Source: Bacteroidia bacterium | GTDB taxonomy: Bacteria > Bacteroidota > Bacteroidia > Bacteroidales > GWA2-32-17 | Direction of reading: 5' to 3' | Assembly (NCBI GenBank): GCA_016218155.1 | Contig: JACREQ010000105.1 | Location: 129,294-193,293 of the forward strand | DNA: 64,000 bases | Shown: positions 29,919 to 39,258 of the stretch, piece after piece | How the letters are laid out: each line of letters opens with the position of its first letter | How positions within the stretch are numbered: position 1 is the stretch's first letter | The notes under the pieces: generated by a model | What the model saw: only the letters and a program-made list of their open reading frames with translations | Database searches by the model: none | Told to the model about the DNA's origin: nothing | Made by a program: the position numbers and the translations under genes

Positions 29919-31115
29919 CTACTTCACTCCCATTAATTCAACATCAAAAACAAGGTTTGATTTTGGAGGAATTGCACCAGGATAACCATTTTCTCCATAT
30001 GCTAATTGATAAGGGATTAATAATCTTAGCTTATCTCCCACTTTCATTAATCCAATACCTTCATCCCAACCTTTAATTACCATACCTTTTCCTAAGTCAA
30101 AATCAAGAGGCTGTCCGCGTTGAACTGAAGAATCGAAAATATCTCCATTTTCAAAATAACCGGTATAGTGAACAGAAACCTTTTTTCCTGCTTCTGCTTT
30201 AACAGCATCTTTTTTACCTTCGCTAACAACAATATATTTTAATCCTGTTGGTGTTGACAAAGTATCTTTACCTTTTGTATCAAATAAAGCTGGTTTAACT
30301 TCAGGTGTAAAATCAACTAATTCAACATCAAAAATTAAATTTGCTTTTGCAGGAATAACAGGTGAACGACCTGCTTCGCCATATGCTAATTGATATGGAA
30401 TTAATAATCGTGCCTTATCTCCTACTTTTAAAATTGAAATACCTTCATCCCAGCCTTTAATAACCATACCTTTTCCAACCTGAAAGCTTATAGGTTCACC
30501 ACGTTTTACTGATGAATCGAATATTTTTCCATCTTCAAAATAACCTGTATAATGAACTTTTACTGTTGATCCTTTTGGTGGTCTCTGATTATTCTTATTT
30601 GTCTGAGAAACCAAAATTAATTTTAAACCTGATGGAGTTTTTAATGTATCTTTTCCTGCTGTATTATATGGTTCTACCTTTACTTCAGGTGTAACTTTCA
30701 TAAGTTTTACAGTAAATTTTAGAGTAGAATTTGCGGGAATAGAACCCATACTTTGCGATCCATAACCTAATTCTGCAGGAATAATAAATACTGCTGAATC
30801 ACCTTCATTTAATAAAGCTATTCCTTCGTCCCAACCTTTAATTACTTGACCTTGTCCAAGTACAAAAGCAAATGGTTGTCCGCGTTTATACGAAGTATCA
30901 AAAATTGTATCATTCATTAATTTGCCCTCATAATGTACTGAAACTCTATCGCCTGGTTTTGGTTGCACACCTTTTCCTTTTTGAAGAATAACGTATTTAA
31001 GCCCTGAAGCTGTAGTTTTATAATCCTTTTCCTTTATCTGACTCATGGTTTGAAATGTTATAAGATTAATTGCTAAGGCTGTTAGCCATAAAAATTTTAT
31101 TTTCATATTATTCAA
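29919..31115 (-). CDS. FKBP-type peptidyl-prolyl isomerase with three tandem FKBP domains
   Basis: 398 aa; signal peptide, then three repeats of T(A/P)SGLKY...G..V.VHY.G......FDSS..RG.P..F.(L/V)G.G.VIKGWDEGI......G.K..L.IP..LAYG. Alternative start at 31106. Confidence 0.9.
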   Translation of the reverse strand: MNNMKIKFLWLTALAINLITFQTMSQIKEKDYKTTASGLKYVILQKGKGVQPKPGDRVSVHYEGKLMNDTIFDTSYKRGQPFAFVLGQGQVIKGWDEGIALLNEGDSAVFIIPAELGYGSQSMGSIPANSTLKFTVKLMKVTPEVKVEPYNTAGKDTLKTPSGLKLILVSQTNKNNQRPPKGSTVKVHYTGYFEDGKIFDSSVKRGEPISFQVGKGMVIKGWDEGISILKVGDKARLLIPYQLAYGEAGRSPVIPAKANLIFDVELVDFTPEVKPALFDTKGKDTLSTPTGLKYIVVSEGKKDAVKAEAGKKVSVHYTGYFENGDIFDSSVQRGQPLDFDLGKGMVIKGWDEGIGLMKVGDKLRLLIPYQLAYGENGYPGAIPPKSNLVFDVELMGVK

Positions 31116-31965
31116 TGTTTATTAGTTCTATTTCAAAAATTAATGTCGAAAAAGGTTGTATCATTTTAAACTGCTGATCGCCGTAAGCAAGACCTGAAGG
31201 GATTATTAGTGTTGCCTTTCCACCTTTTTTCATCATACCAATACCTTCTTCGAGCCCGGGGATTACTTCTTTTTCGCCAAACTTGAATTCAAAAACTTCG
31301 CCACGTTTTAAAGAGGAATCAAAAACTTCGCCACTAACAAAAGAACCAGTATAATGAACTTTTACTTTTTGTCCAACCTTTGGATAACTTCCCTTTCCTG
31401 CCTTATCTTCGATATAATAAAGTCCGGTACTTGTTGGTTTTACAGTAATATTTGCATTTTCAATAAATGATTCCAGAATTTTTTGTTCCTGTTCGGCTGT
31501 CATTAAATCTGCAGCCTTTTTCTCTTCTAAAAATTTATCATAACTAAAAATTTCAACAAGCTTAATATTAAAAACTAGCTTATCTCCTTTCTTAATAAAT
31601 TCAGGAATTGCACTGTTTTTTGTTTCTAAAAAGAATCTTTCGGCATCTACAACAAACTCTGCACTGTCGCCTTCATGCATTAATGCAAAAGCATCATCAA
31701 TAGTTCCTCCGTTTTTTGAAGCAGCATTCATTTTCATTCTAAAAGGCTGCCCGTTAAATTCTTTAGTATCAAAAAGTACTGAATCTTTCTCAGTTGTGTA
31801 TTTCATTTTAATAACAAGAATATCGCCAACAACAGGTTTCTTATTATTATCGTTTCTTACAAAGAACTTGTATTTCATTCCTGAAGTATCAGTAACATAA
31901 CCATCAGAATTACAAGAGTAAGCTACTATAATAAGAGCCAATAAATAAAAAATATTCTTCATCAA
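31108..31965 (-). CDS. FKBP-type peptidyl-prolyl isomerase lipoprotein
   Basis: 285 aa; lipobox IVAYSC; an N-terminal FKBP-like/degenerate domain, a linker helix, and a C-terminal canonical FKBP (VKVHYTGSFVSGEVFDSSLKRGEVFEFKFGEKEVIPGLEEGI). Confidence 0.9.
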   Translation of the reverse strand: MMKNIFYLLALIIVAYSCNSDGYVTDTSGMKYKFFVRNDNNKKPVVGDILVIKMKYTTEKDSVLFDTKEFNGQPFRMKMNAASKNGGTIDDAFALMHEGDSAEFVVDAERFFLETKNSAIPEFIKKGDKLVFNIKLVEIFSYDKFLEEKKAADLMTAEQEQKILESFIENANITVKPTSTGLYYIEDKAGKGSYPKVGQKVKVHYTGSFVSGEVFDSSLKRGEVFEFKFGEKEVIPGLEEGIGMMKKGGKATLIIPSGLAYGDQQFKMIQPFSTLIFEIELINIE

Positions 31966-32092
31966 TTTATTGAATAAGCGGACAAAGTTAATTTTAAAAT
32001 TGAAATTGAGATTATTGCCTTTTTAAAGTTTAACTATTTTTAAATGAAAAATTGACTTAAAGTAAATTGCGGTGGATTAATTTGACACATTA

Positions 32093-32175
32093 GATTCATC
32101 GTTTCGTTGCACTACACTCATAATTACAAAGGAGGACATAGTCATTCAGAACGAAACAAAGTGAAGTGAAGAATC
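32093..32175. repeat. Degenerate palindromic intergenic element
   Basis: Left arm GATTCATC-GTTTCGTT...AATTAC; right arm GTCATTC...AACGAAAC...GAAGAATC. The ends (GATTC/GAATC) and the core (GTTTCGTT/AACGAAAC) are complementary. Confidence 0.4.
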
Positions 32176-32185
32176 TATAAGCCTA

Positions 32186-33145
32186 CTACTTTGTTATCTT
32201 TTTCAACGCAACAGTTTTACCATTCTCCACCTTTACCAAATACAACCCCTTTGCCAACTTCTCTGTATTGATCACAAACTCATTTTCCTTAGTTATTGTT
32301 TGCAAAATTACTTTGCCCGTAATATCTAAAACACTTAAAGTTGTATTTTCACTAGGTATATTGTTAAACTTTACATTAAGGTGGTTAACCCATGGGTTTG
32401 GGTAAATTGTTATATCTTCTGTGTTTTTTACTGTTTGCTCACTTACCCCCAACCAATTCTCGCAAAAAAGAGAATCCGGGCTAACACATACATCATCTAT
32501 ATAATAATATGCATAATTATTATTTGTAGGCGATAAGTTTAAAGTATCAGTATGTGCATCATCAAAAAAATTGCCTAACAGTATATACGAATAAGCCGAA
32601 TCGGCAATAAAAGAACCGCTTATTCTTGTCCATTTAGCAGTATCGGTAATTATTGTATTAGTATAAAAGTGCGCTGTGTTATTTATTGGAGCAGGGTTAG
32701 AATATGAATAAGGAATTGTTGAAAATTTAATGCCTATTTTATTTGAGGCAATTGTTGTACCTAAATTAATTCCCCCAGAAAGGTTTACATAAAATGAAAA
32801 AAAATATTTTTGATTAATCACAAAGGAACTTACTAATTGTGAACCTATAAACTCTCTGTTATTTTGGGGTATTGGAGTAAAAGTTATTAATCCTAGAAAA
32901 GCGTTCCCTGAATGAGAATATTGATAACCTGCAGAACAATTTGGTGGTACAATATCTAAAAAAGAAGAACAAGAGTTATAATAATCTGGAGTTTCTCTAC
33001 AAACAAACCAATTTTGACAATACAATAGTTGATCCATATAATTTGGACAAAAACTATATTGCTCATAACTTGGATTGGAAACTAAATTTTGAGTAAAACT
33101 ATTAAAAGGGAAAAAAAATAACAATAAACATAATATTTTATTCAT
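32186..33145 (-). CDS. T9SS type A C-terminal-domain secreted protein
   Basis: The track start, GTG 33178, lies inside a terminator hairpin. ATG 33145 gives MNKILCLLLFFFPFNSFTQ, a signal peptide. The mature N-terminus is NLVSNPSYEQYSFCP. The C-terminus ITIYPNPWVNHLNVKF...LSVLDITGKVILQ...LAKGLYLVKVENGKTVALKKITK matches the Por secretion tail pattern. Confidence 0.85.
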   Translation of the reverse strand: MNKILCLLLFFFPFNSFTQNLVSNPSYEQYSFCPNYMDQLLYCQNWFVCRETPDYYNSCSSFLDIVPPNCSAGYQYSHSGNAFLGLITFTPIPQNNREFIGSQLVSSFVINQKYFFSFYVNLSGGINLGTTIASNKIGIKFSTIPYSYSNPAPINNTAHFYTNTIITDTAKWTRISGSFIADSAYSYILLGNFFDDAHTDTLNLSPTNNNYAYYYIDDVCVSPDSLFCENWLGVSEQTVKNTEDITIYPNPWVNHLNVKFNNIPSENTTLSVLDITGKVILQTITKENEFVINTEKLAKGLYLVKVENGKTVALKKITK

Positions 33146-33157
33146 ATGAAAACAAGA

Positions 33158-33190
33158 ATTTGAAAGCCTGATTTTCACAGGCTTTCAAAT
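33158..33190 (-). terminator. Rho-independent terminator retained behind the orphan CTD remnant
   Basis: ATTTGAAAGCCTG / CAGGCTTTCAAAT: a perfect 13-bp stem with a 7-nt loop, 10 nt downstream of the remnant's TAA. Confidence 0.7.
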
Positions 33191-33199
33191 TTACAAGAT

Positions 33200-33466
33200 T
33201 TATTTAACAATAATGCATTTTTTAATATAAACGTTATTTGTTGTAGAAATAGAAATAAAATAAGTACTTGCGGGTAAGAATGAGAAATCATTATTTACTT
33301 CAAAAAGCTCACTATCAAAACTCTTATTAAATACAATTCTACCTGTTATGTCACTAACGATAATATTTGTGATAACTTCGTTAGTAATTGATGAAATAGT
33401 AATATTACCATTTGATGGATTTGGATAAACAATTACATTAGAATTTTCTAATTTTTGCGCAAGTTT
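33200..33466 (-). pseudogene. Orphan T9SS type A C-terminal sorting domain (gene remnant lacking a start codon and passenger domain)
   Basis: 88-codon open frame bounded upstream by an in-frame TGA (33467-33469) and containing no Met: KLAQKLENSNVIVYPNPSNGNITISSITNEVITNIIVSDITGRIVFNKSFDSELFEVNNDFSFLPASTYFISISTTNNVYIKKCIIVK*. It has the VYPNP.NG...I and ...D..GR.V CTD hallmarks. Confidence 0.7.
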
Positions 33467-33537
33467 TCAACTTGTGCCAAAACTACTATCTTTTTAAATT
33501 TTAATGTTGTATAGTAGCACAAGTCACAGACTTGCGC
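33457..33537. repeat. GC-rich compound palindrome (two inverted copies of an 8-bp-stem hairpin around an inner stem)
   Basis: GCGCAAGT-TTTCA-ACTTGTGC (33457-33477) and GCACAAGT-CACAG-ACTTGCGC (33517-33537) are reverse complements of each other except in the loops. An inner pair TACTAT (33484-33489)/ATAGTA (33511-33516) lies between them. Confidence 0.5.
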
Positions 33538-33551
33538 TACTATTTGAAAAA

Positions 33552-33579
33552 TAAAAAAAGCTGTCCTTTTGAGGCAGCT
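33552..33579 (-). terminator. rny terminator
   Basis: On the minus strand: AGCTGCC-TCAAAA-GGACAGCT followed by TTTTTTTATTTTT, about 25 nt after the rny stop. Confidence 0.7.
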
Positions 33580-33602
33580 CTTAATTTTTTTTAATTTGTT
33601 AT

Positions 33603-35138
33603 TTACTTAGCGTATGCAACAGCTCTTGTTTCGCGAATAACAGTTATTCTTATTTGTCCTGGATAAGTAAGTTCATCCTGAATTCTGCGAGCTAAATCAT
33701 ATGATAATGTTTCAGCATCTTTATCGTTAATCTTTTCGCTGCCAACAATTACTCTAAGCTCACGACCAGCCTGAATAGCATATGTTTTAAGCACACCAGG
33801 ATATGAAAGCGCAAGATTTTCTAAATCTTTTAATCGTTTTACATATGATTCGGCAACTTCACGACGTGCACCCGGGCGAGCTCCACTAATGGCATCACAA
33901 ACCTGTACAATTGGTGAAAGTAAACTTGTCATTTCGATTTCATCATGATGCGAACCAATTGCATTGCATATTTCTGCTTTTTCTTTACAACGCTCAGCAA
34001 TGCTTGCACCAAGTAAAGCATGAGGTAATTCAGGATTTTCGTCAGAAACTTTACCAATATCATGAAGTAAACCAGCACGTTTTGCAGTAACCGGATTTAA
34101 TCCAAGTTCTGATGCCATAATAGCACATAGGTTAGCACATTCGCGTGAGTGATGTAATAAATTTTGACCGTATGAAGAACGATATTTCATTTTTCCAACC
34201 AAACGAATAAGTTCTGGATGTAATCCATGAATACCCAAATCTATTGTTGTGCGTTTACCGGTTTCAACCATTTCTTCTTCAACCTGTTTGCGAACTTTCT
34301 CGACAACTTCCTCGATGCGTGCAGGGTGAATTCTTCCATCGGTAATCAACTGATGAAGAGCTAAGCGTGCAATTTCTCTACGAACCGGATCAAAAGCAGA
34401 AAGCACAATTGCTTCAGGGGTATCGTCAACAATAATTTCAACACCTGTTGCAGCTTCCAAAGCTCTAATATTGCGACCTTCGCGACCAATAATACGCCCT
34501 TTAATTTCATCATTTTCGATATGAAAAACTGTAACAGAATTTTCAACAGCAGCTTCTGAAGCAACACGCTGAATAGTTTGAATTACAATTCTTTTAGCTT
34601 CTTTAGAAGCAGTCATTTTTGCTTCTTCCATAGCTACATTTACAAAAGCCATTGCAGAAGTTTTTGCTTCATCTTTTAAAGATTCAATCAATTGAGATTT
34701 TGCCTCTTCAGCTGAAAGTCCGCTGATTGTCTCAAGTTTTTCTAAATGTGCATTTTTCTGTTTTTCAAGCTCTTCTTTTTTCTTTTCAACCTTTTCGGTT
34801 TGCAACTTAAGATTATTCTGAAGTGTTTCAACTTCTTTACGGTTTCTCTGAACTTCTTCAATTTTCTGAGATAATGAAGCTTCTTTTTGAATTACACGTT
34901 GCTCAGCCTGAAGTACTTTCGCACCCTTTTCGTTAACAAATTTTTCGTGATCAGATTTTAACTGGAGAAATTTTTCTTTTGCTAAAAGTTCTTTTTGTTT
35001 TCTTATAACTTCGCCTTCTGCCTCTGCTTCTTTTATAGCTTTTTGTGCCTTTGTTGCCAATGCTTTATCCCATAAAAAATAAGAGACAACACCACCAGCA
35101 GCCAACGCTATAATTCCAACTACAATTGTTAGTACCAT
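33603..35138 (-). CDS. rny: Ribonuclease Y
   Basis: 511 aa; N-terminal TM, a long coiled coil, a KH domain ([23 protein letters not shown]) and an HD domain ([13 protein letters not shown]...LLHDIGK). Confidence 0.95.
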   Translation of the reverse strand: MVLTIVVGIIALAAGGVVSYFLWDKALATKAQKAIKEAEAEGEVIRKQKELLAKEKFLQLKSDHEKFVNEKGAKVLQAEQRVIQKEASLSQKIEEVQRNRKEVETLQNNLKLQTEKVEKKKEELEKQKNAHLEKLETISGLSAEEAKSQLIESLKDEAKTSAMAFVNVAMEEAKMTASKEAKRIVIQTIQRVASEAAVENSVTVFHIENDEIKGRIIGREGRNIRALEAATGVEIIVDDTPEAIVLSAFDPVRREIARLALHQLITDGRIHPARIEEVVEKVRKQVEEEMVETGKRTTIDLGIHGLHPELIRLVGKMKYRSSYGQNLLHHSRECANLCAIMASELGLNPVTAKRAGLLHDIGKVSDENPELPHALLGASIAERCKEKAEICNAIGSHHDEIEMTSLLSPIVQVCDAISGARPGARREVAESYVKRLKDLENLALSYPGVLKTYAIQAGRELRVIVGSEKINDKDAETLSYDLARRIQDELTYPGQIRITVIRETRAVAYAK

Positions 35139-35162
35139 ATTATATATTTAAAAAAAATTAAT

Positions 35163-35362
35163 AAAAAAACCCGTACTGCCTTCTTTATCATTTTAGAAAA
35201 CCCAATATCACATGGGCGGGGCTAACCGTTTGCTTCTGGTTTCCACTGTTCCAAAAGGAATCTTGCAAGCAAGATGAGGCCTACCATAGACATCTCGAGA
35301 ATCACCCCTAGTTTGATTCTGTTGATTTTTAAAACGAATAAAGAATTACGTACGGGCTGTAT
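35163..35362 (-). ncRNA. ssrS: 6S-like regulatory RNA (rod-shaped, about 190-200 nt)
   Basis: No ORF. The 5' and 3' ends pair over an extended interrupted stem: CCCGUAC/GUACGGG, UUCUUUAU/AUAAAGAA, CGUUUUA/UAAAAUG, AAAAUC/GGUUUU, GGGG/CCCC. There are internal bulges, a central AUCUUGC-UU-GCAAGAU hairpin and a terminal U-run. It lies immediately downstream of zapA, the same position ssrS occupies in E. coli. Confidence 0.55.
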
Positions 35363-35371
35363 CGTTTTATG

Positions 35372-35677
35372 TTAAAGAACGTTCTGCTCTTTTTGCAGGT
35401 AATCTTCCAACTCTTTGTCAATCTCTTTAATTTGTTCTACGAACGGAGCGATATTTTGTTTTTCTTCAAACTCAGTTAATTTAGTTACATACTGCAAAAC
35501 TGCCATAGCTAAAAAATCCTGTCCATCCTTATCTGTATACAACTTCTTATATTGTAACACAGTATCATTTATTCGCTTCGCTGCTTTTCTTACCTGCTCT
35601 TCTTCCATTTTTTTTATTGTAAGCGGATAATACCTGTCGGCTATATTTACTCGTATTGTGAGTTTTTCGTCGTCCAT
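35372..35677 (-). CDS. zapA: Cell division protein ZapA
   Basis: 101 aa; IRVNIADRYYPLTIKKMEEEQVRKAAKRIND...DFLAMAVLQY, the typical ZapA pattern. Confidence 0.85.
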   Translation of the reverse strand: MDDEKLTIRVNIADRYYPLTIKKMEEEQVRKAAKRINDTVLQYKKLYTDKDGQDFLAMAVLQYVTKLTEFEEKQNIAPFVEQIKEIDKELEDYLQKEQNVL

Positions 35678-35686
35678 ATTATCTTT

Positions 35687-35980
35687 TTACTTGTTTAAAA
35701 GAGCTATACAATTATCAACCTCCCGCACAATTCTATTTATTTTTATTTGGGCATCATGTATTTCTGATCCCGAAATATCAATTATTTTACCAAGTTTAAG
35801 GTTTTCGTATTTTTGTTCAACTTGCTGAATTAAAAGCTTTTTTTCATTAAGTTGTAACTCCAATTCTTCCTTATTTTTTAAAAGAACGTTATTTTTTGTT
35901 TTTTCTTCGTTTACCATTACAATGAGTTTGAATATCTTGTCTTTTAGAGAAATAATCAAATCATCGTAGTCAGTATTCAT
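35687..35980 (-). CDS. Hypothetical coiled-coil protein upstream of zapA
   Basis: 97 aa with a heptad-rich sequence; 9 nt from zapA. Confidence 0.6.
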   Translation of the reverse strand: MNTDYDDLIISLKDKIFKLIVMVNEEKTKNNVLLKNKEELELQLNEKKLLIQQVEQKYENLKLGKIIDISGSEIHDAQIKINRIVREVDNCIALLNK

Positions 35981-36153
35981 TTATTCCATTTTAACACAAA
36001 GATAATGTTCAATAAGCAAAAAAAAAAGGAATTATTCTTATAAATCTTATTTGTCTTATATATTGCAACTTATACCTAAATTAAAATTTAGTATTTTTTT
36101 AAAAGAAAGCATATTATAAAACCCATTTTATTTCTATTTTTATGGTTGTATAA

Positions 36154-37254
36154 ATGAAGATTCAAAACTCATATTATTCTATTGGGATAATGTCGGGCAC
36201 ATCGCTTGACGGAGTAGATATTGCATTATGCCTTTTTGATTATAAATTAAACGTATGGCATTATAAACTTTTAAAATCAGCAACTTTTGCATATACAAAA
36301 GAATGGAAAGACAAATTAACCAATGCTCCAAATCTAAGTTCTTATGAATTTATAAAACTTCATAAAGAATATGGAATTTATCTGGGGTCATTAGTAAACA
36401 GATTTTTAAAAGGGTTACCAATAAAAATCAGTTTAATTGCCTCACACGGACATACAATTTTTCATAATCCAGCCGAGAATATTACTTTTCAAATTGGTGA
36501 CGGGCATTTTATTGCATCTGAAACTGGTATAACAACAATCAGTGATTTCAGAACTATGGATGTTGCAATGGGTGGACAAGGCGCACCATTAGTTCCAATT
36601 GGCGACGAAATGCTTTTTGCAAATTATGATTTTTGCCTTAATCTTGGCGGGATTGCAAATGTTTCATTTAAAAAAGATGAAAAAAGAATTGCTTTTGATA
36701 TTTGTCCAGTGAATATGGCTATAAATTATCTTGCAAACAAAGCTGGAAAAGAATTTGATAAGGATGGTTTTATTGCAATGAAAGGAAAAATAAATATTGA
36801 ATTATTAGTCACACTAAACACACTAAATTTTTATAATTTACCTACCCCAAAGTCGTTAGGAAGAGAGTGGTTTGAAACTGAGTTCTTACCATTAATTAAA
36901 AACGAGAAGATTAGTATAGAAGACAGGATTAGGACGGTTTGCGAGCATGTTTCAATTCAGATAGGCAAAGTGTTGCCTGGAGATAAACAACGTTCAATAT
37001 TAACAACAGGTGGTGGTGCATTAAATAAATATTTGGTGCAAATTCTTGAACAAAACTCCATTCACCAATTTGTTGTTCCTGTAAGAGAAGTTATTGAATT
37101 TAAAGAAGCTATTATATTTGCTTTTCTGGGTGTTTTAAGAAATCGTAATGAAATTAACATACTTGCATCGGCAACAGGTGCTAAAACAGATTCAATCGGA
37201 GGTGTAATTCACAAAATTAGCGCTGAACACACACCTATTAAGAAATTATTCTAA
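36154..37254 (+). CDS. anmK: Anhydro-N-acetylmuramic acid kinase
   Basis: 366 aa; GIMSGTSLDGVDIAL and NLGGIAN motifs. Confidence 0.9.
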   Translation: MKIQNSYYSIGIMSGTSLDGVDIALCLFDYKLNVWHYKLLKSATFAYTKEWKDKLTNAPNLSSYEFIKLHKEYGIYLGSLVNRFLKGLPIKISLIASHGHTIFHNPAENITFQIGDGHFIASETGITTISDFRTMDVAMGGQGAPLVPIGDEMLFANYDFCLNLGGIANVSFKKDEKRIAFDICPVNMAINYLANKAGKEFDKDGFIAMKGKINIELLVTLNTLNFYNLPTPKSLGREWFETEFLPLIKNEKISIEDRIRTVCEHVSIQIGKVLPGDKQRSILTTGGGALNKYLVQILEQNSIHQFVVPVREVIEFKEAIIFAFLGVLRNRNEINILASATGAKTDSIGGVIHKISAEHTPIKKLF

Positions 37255-37266
37255 TTATTTAACATT

Positions 37267-38403
37267 ATGGAAAACTTTACTGTAAATAATCCAACTCGAT
37301 TGGTATTTGGGAAAGGAGTTTGCGAACAAATACCCGGGCATATTATAAATTATGGCGAAAAAGTATTATTAGTTTATGGAAAAGGGTCAATAAAAAATAA
37401 TGGCATTTATAACGAAGTAAAACAACAGTTAGAGAAAGCAGGTAAAATAATTTTCGAATTTGAAGGAATAAAATCAAACCCTTTAGTAAGTGATGTAGAG
37501 AATGCAATTAAAATGGGAATTAAAAATAATGTAGATTTTATTTTTGCTGTAGGTGGTGGAAGTGTAATTGATTCTGCAAAAATAATTGCTATTTGTATTC
37601 CCGAAAATCATGATCCATGGCAGGTAATGAAATTCAAAGTTAAACCAACAAAAGCATTGCCTTTAGTAACTGTATTGACACTTGCTGCTACAGGAACTGA
37701 GATGAATCAGTTCTCTGTTCTGCAAAATCCTATAACAAAAGAAAAAGTGGGCTTTGGCTCACCATTAGTTTACCCAGCAATTTCATATTGCGATCCGTCT
37801 TTTACATTAAGCGTTTCGAGAGATTATACCAGCTATGGTATTGCCGACATTATTGCACATTCATTAGAAGCATATTTTGGTGAAGGAGACGCTGTGCTTT
37901 CTGATAGATTTGTTGTCAGTATTATTAAAGAAATGGCTGAGGCAGGTCCAAAATTACTGAACAACCTAAACAATTATTTGCTCAGAGCAAGGGTTTTGTG
38001 GGCTTCAACATGTGCATTAAATGGTTTAACTTTTTATGGAAGAAAATCAGGTGATTGGGGAGTTCATGATATTGGGCATGTAATTTCATTACTTTACGAC
38101 ACACCACACGGAGCTTCATTGTCCATTGTTTTTCCTGCCTGGATGAAATATAATTCAGAAAAATTAGATGCTAAACTTTTATGGTTAGGACAAGAAATAT
38201 TTAATGTTACAACTGTAGATGAAATAATAAGTTCTTTTGAAGATCTGTTTACAAAATTAAACTCTCCCATAAGACTTTCACAAATTGGTATTTCAGATTC
38301 GATGAAAAAGGAAATCACGGATTTACTTATTAAAAACAATGCAACAGGCATGACAGTTAAACTTGACAGCAAAGCACTTGAAGAAATAGTAAAATTAATG
38401 TAA
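37267..38403 (+). CDS. Iron-containing (group III) alcohol dehydrogenase
   Basis: 378 aa; AVGGGSVIDSAK, TLAATGTEMN, and histidine ligands (HSLEAY, HDIGH...HG). Confidence 0.9.
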   Translation: MENFTVNNPTRLVFGKGVCEQIPGHIINYGEKVLLVYGKGSIKNNGIYNEVKQQLEKAGKIIFEFEGIKSNPLVSDVENAIKMGIKNNVDFIFAVGGGSVIDSAKIIAICIPENHDPWQVMKFKVKPTKALPLVTVLTLAATGTEMNQFSVLQNPITKEKVGFGSPLVYPAISYCDPSFTLSVSRDYTSYGIADIIAHSLEAYFGEGDAVLSDRFVVSIIKEMAEAGPKLLNNLNNYLLRARVLWASTCALNGLTFYGRKSGDWGVHDIGHVISLLYDTPHGASLSIVFPAWMKYNSEKLDAKLLWLGQEIFNVTTVDEIISSFEDLFTKLNSPIRLSQIGISDSMKKEITDLLIKNNATGMTVKLDSKALEEIVKLM

Positions 38404-38417
38404 TTTGTTATAGACTG

Positions 38418-38660
38418 ATGGAATCACCAAGAAAAGCAGGAAGTAAACCAATAGAAGTTGAACTAATTAATGGACGTATTTATTCCTGGTGTTCATGTGG
38501 TTTATCATTTAAGCAACCATTTTGTGACGGAGAACATATGGGTACAGGAATTAAACCAAAAGTTTTTAAAGCAGAAAAAAGTGGATCGCATCATTTATGC
38601 ATGTGTAAACAGACTGGCAATATTCCATTTTGCGATGGTACGCATAATACAAAAATTTAA
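38418..38660 (+). CDS. CDGSH iron-sulfur domain protein (two CDGSH motifs)
   Basis: 80 aa; CSCGLSFKQPFCDGEH and CMCKQTGNIPFCDGTH. Confidence 0.9.
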   Translation: MESPRKAGSKPIEVELINGRIYSWCSCGLSFKQPFCDGEHMGTGIKPKVFKAEKSGSHHLCMCKQTGNIPFCDGTHNTKI

Positions 38661-38691
38661 TTTATCACATAACAATTAGCCCAAATTTTAA

Positions 38692-39258
38692 TCACTTCTT
38701 AAAATAAAACTCCATATTTTTATCGGGCATAAAATCTTTTTTATTCCAGAAATAAATTCTTATTTCATTAAATATTTGAGTGCTATCAGGGCTATATGAC
38801 ATTTTTGTAATTTCTAGTTTTACTGGAACAATTAATTTATAAGATACATTCTCGAAAGGTTTTCCCCATTTCTGAGTAGTTTTTAATATATATTCTGCTT
38901 TATTTTTATCTATTTTTTGCCTGTAATAAATACGATATTTTGCTATACCGTAAGCGTCAATATTTATTTTAAAAGAAGCTCCTTTTTGAGATTTATTTGT
39001 AATTATGTTTACATTGTCAGTTTTGACGTTTGCAGCAAAAACCGTATCAACATTCCCATATAAACTATCAACAGGGAAAGGATAAAACAATATCTGATTT
39101 ATTTCTTTATTACCATTGTTACAAAAATGATAAATTCCATCAACATAAAGATAGTTGTCTTTAATTTCAAATGTTAAATCTTCTTTATAAAACTGAAGAC
39201 CTTGAGAATATAAGAATTTTGGAAAAACAAATAACAAAATAACAACTACTATTTTCAC
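38692..39258 (-). CDS. Hypothetical secreted protein
   Basis: 188 aa; its GTG start overlaps the upstream TGA (GTGA, 4-nt overlap); signal peptide VVVILLFVFPKFLYSQ. Confidence 0.6.
   Translation of the reverse strand: MKIVVVILLFVFPKFLYSQGLQFYKEDLTFEIKDNYLYVDGIYHFCNNGNKEINQILFYPFPVDSLYGNVDTVFAANVKTDNVNIITNKSQKGASFKINIDAYGIAKYRIYYRQKIDKNKAEYILKTTQKWGKPFENVSYKLIVPVKLEITKMSYSPDSTQIFNEIRIYFWNKKDFMPDKNMEFYFKK

Noticed and set aside
38470-38679. 69-aa alternative-frame ORF overlapping the CDGSH gene.
   Set aside because: The +1-frame CDGSH reading (38418-38660) contains two perfect CDGSH motifs, while the overlapping frame has none.
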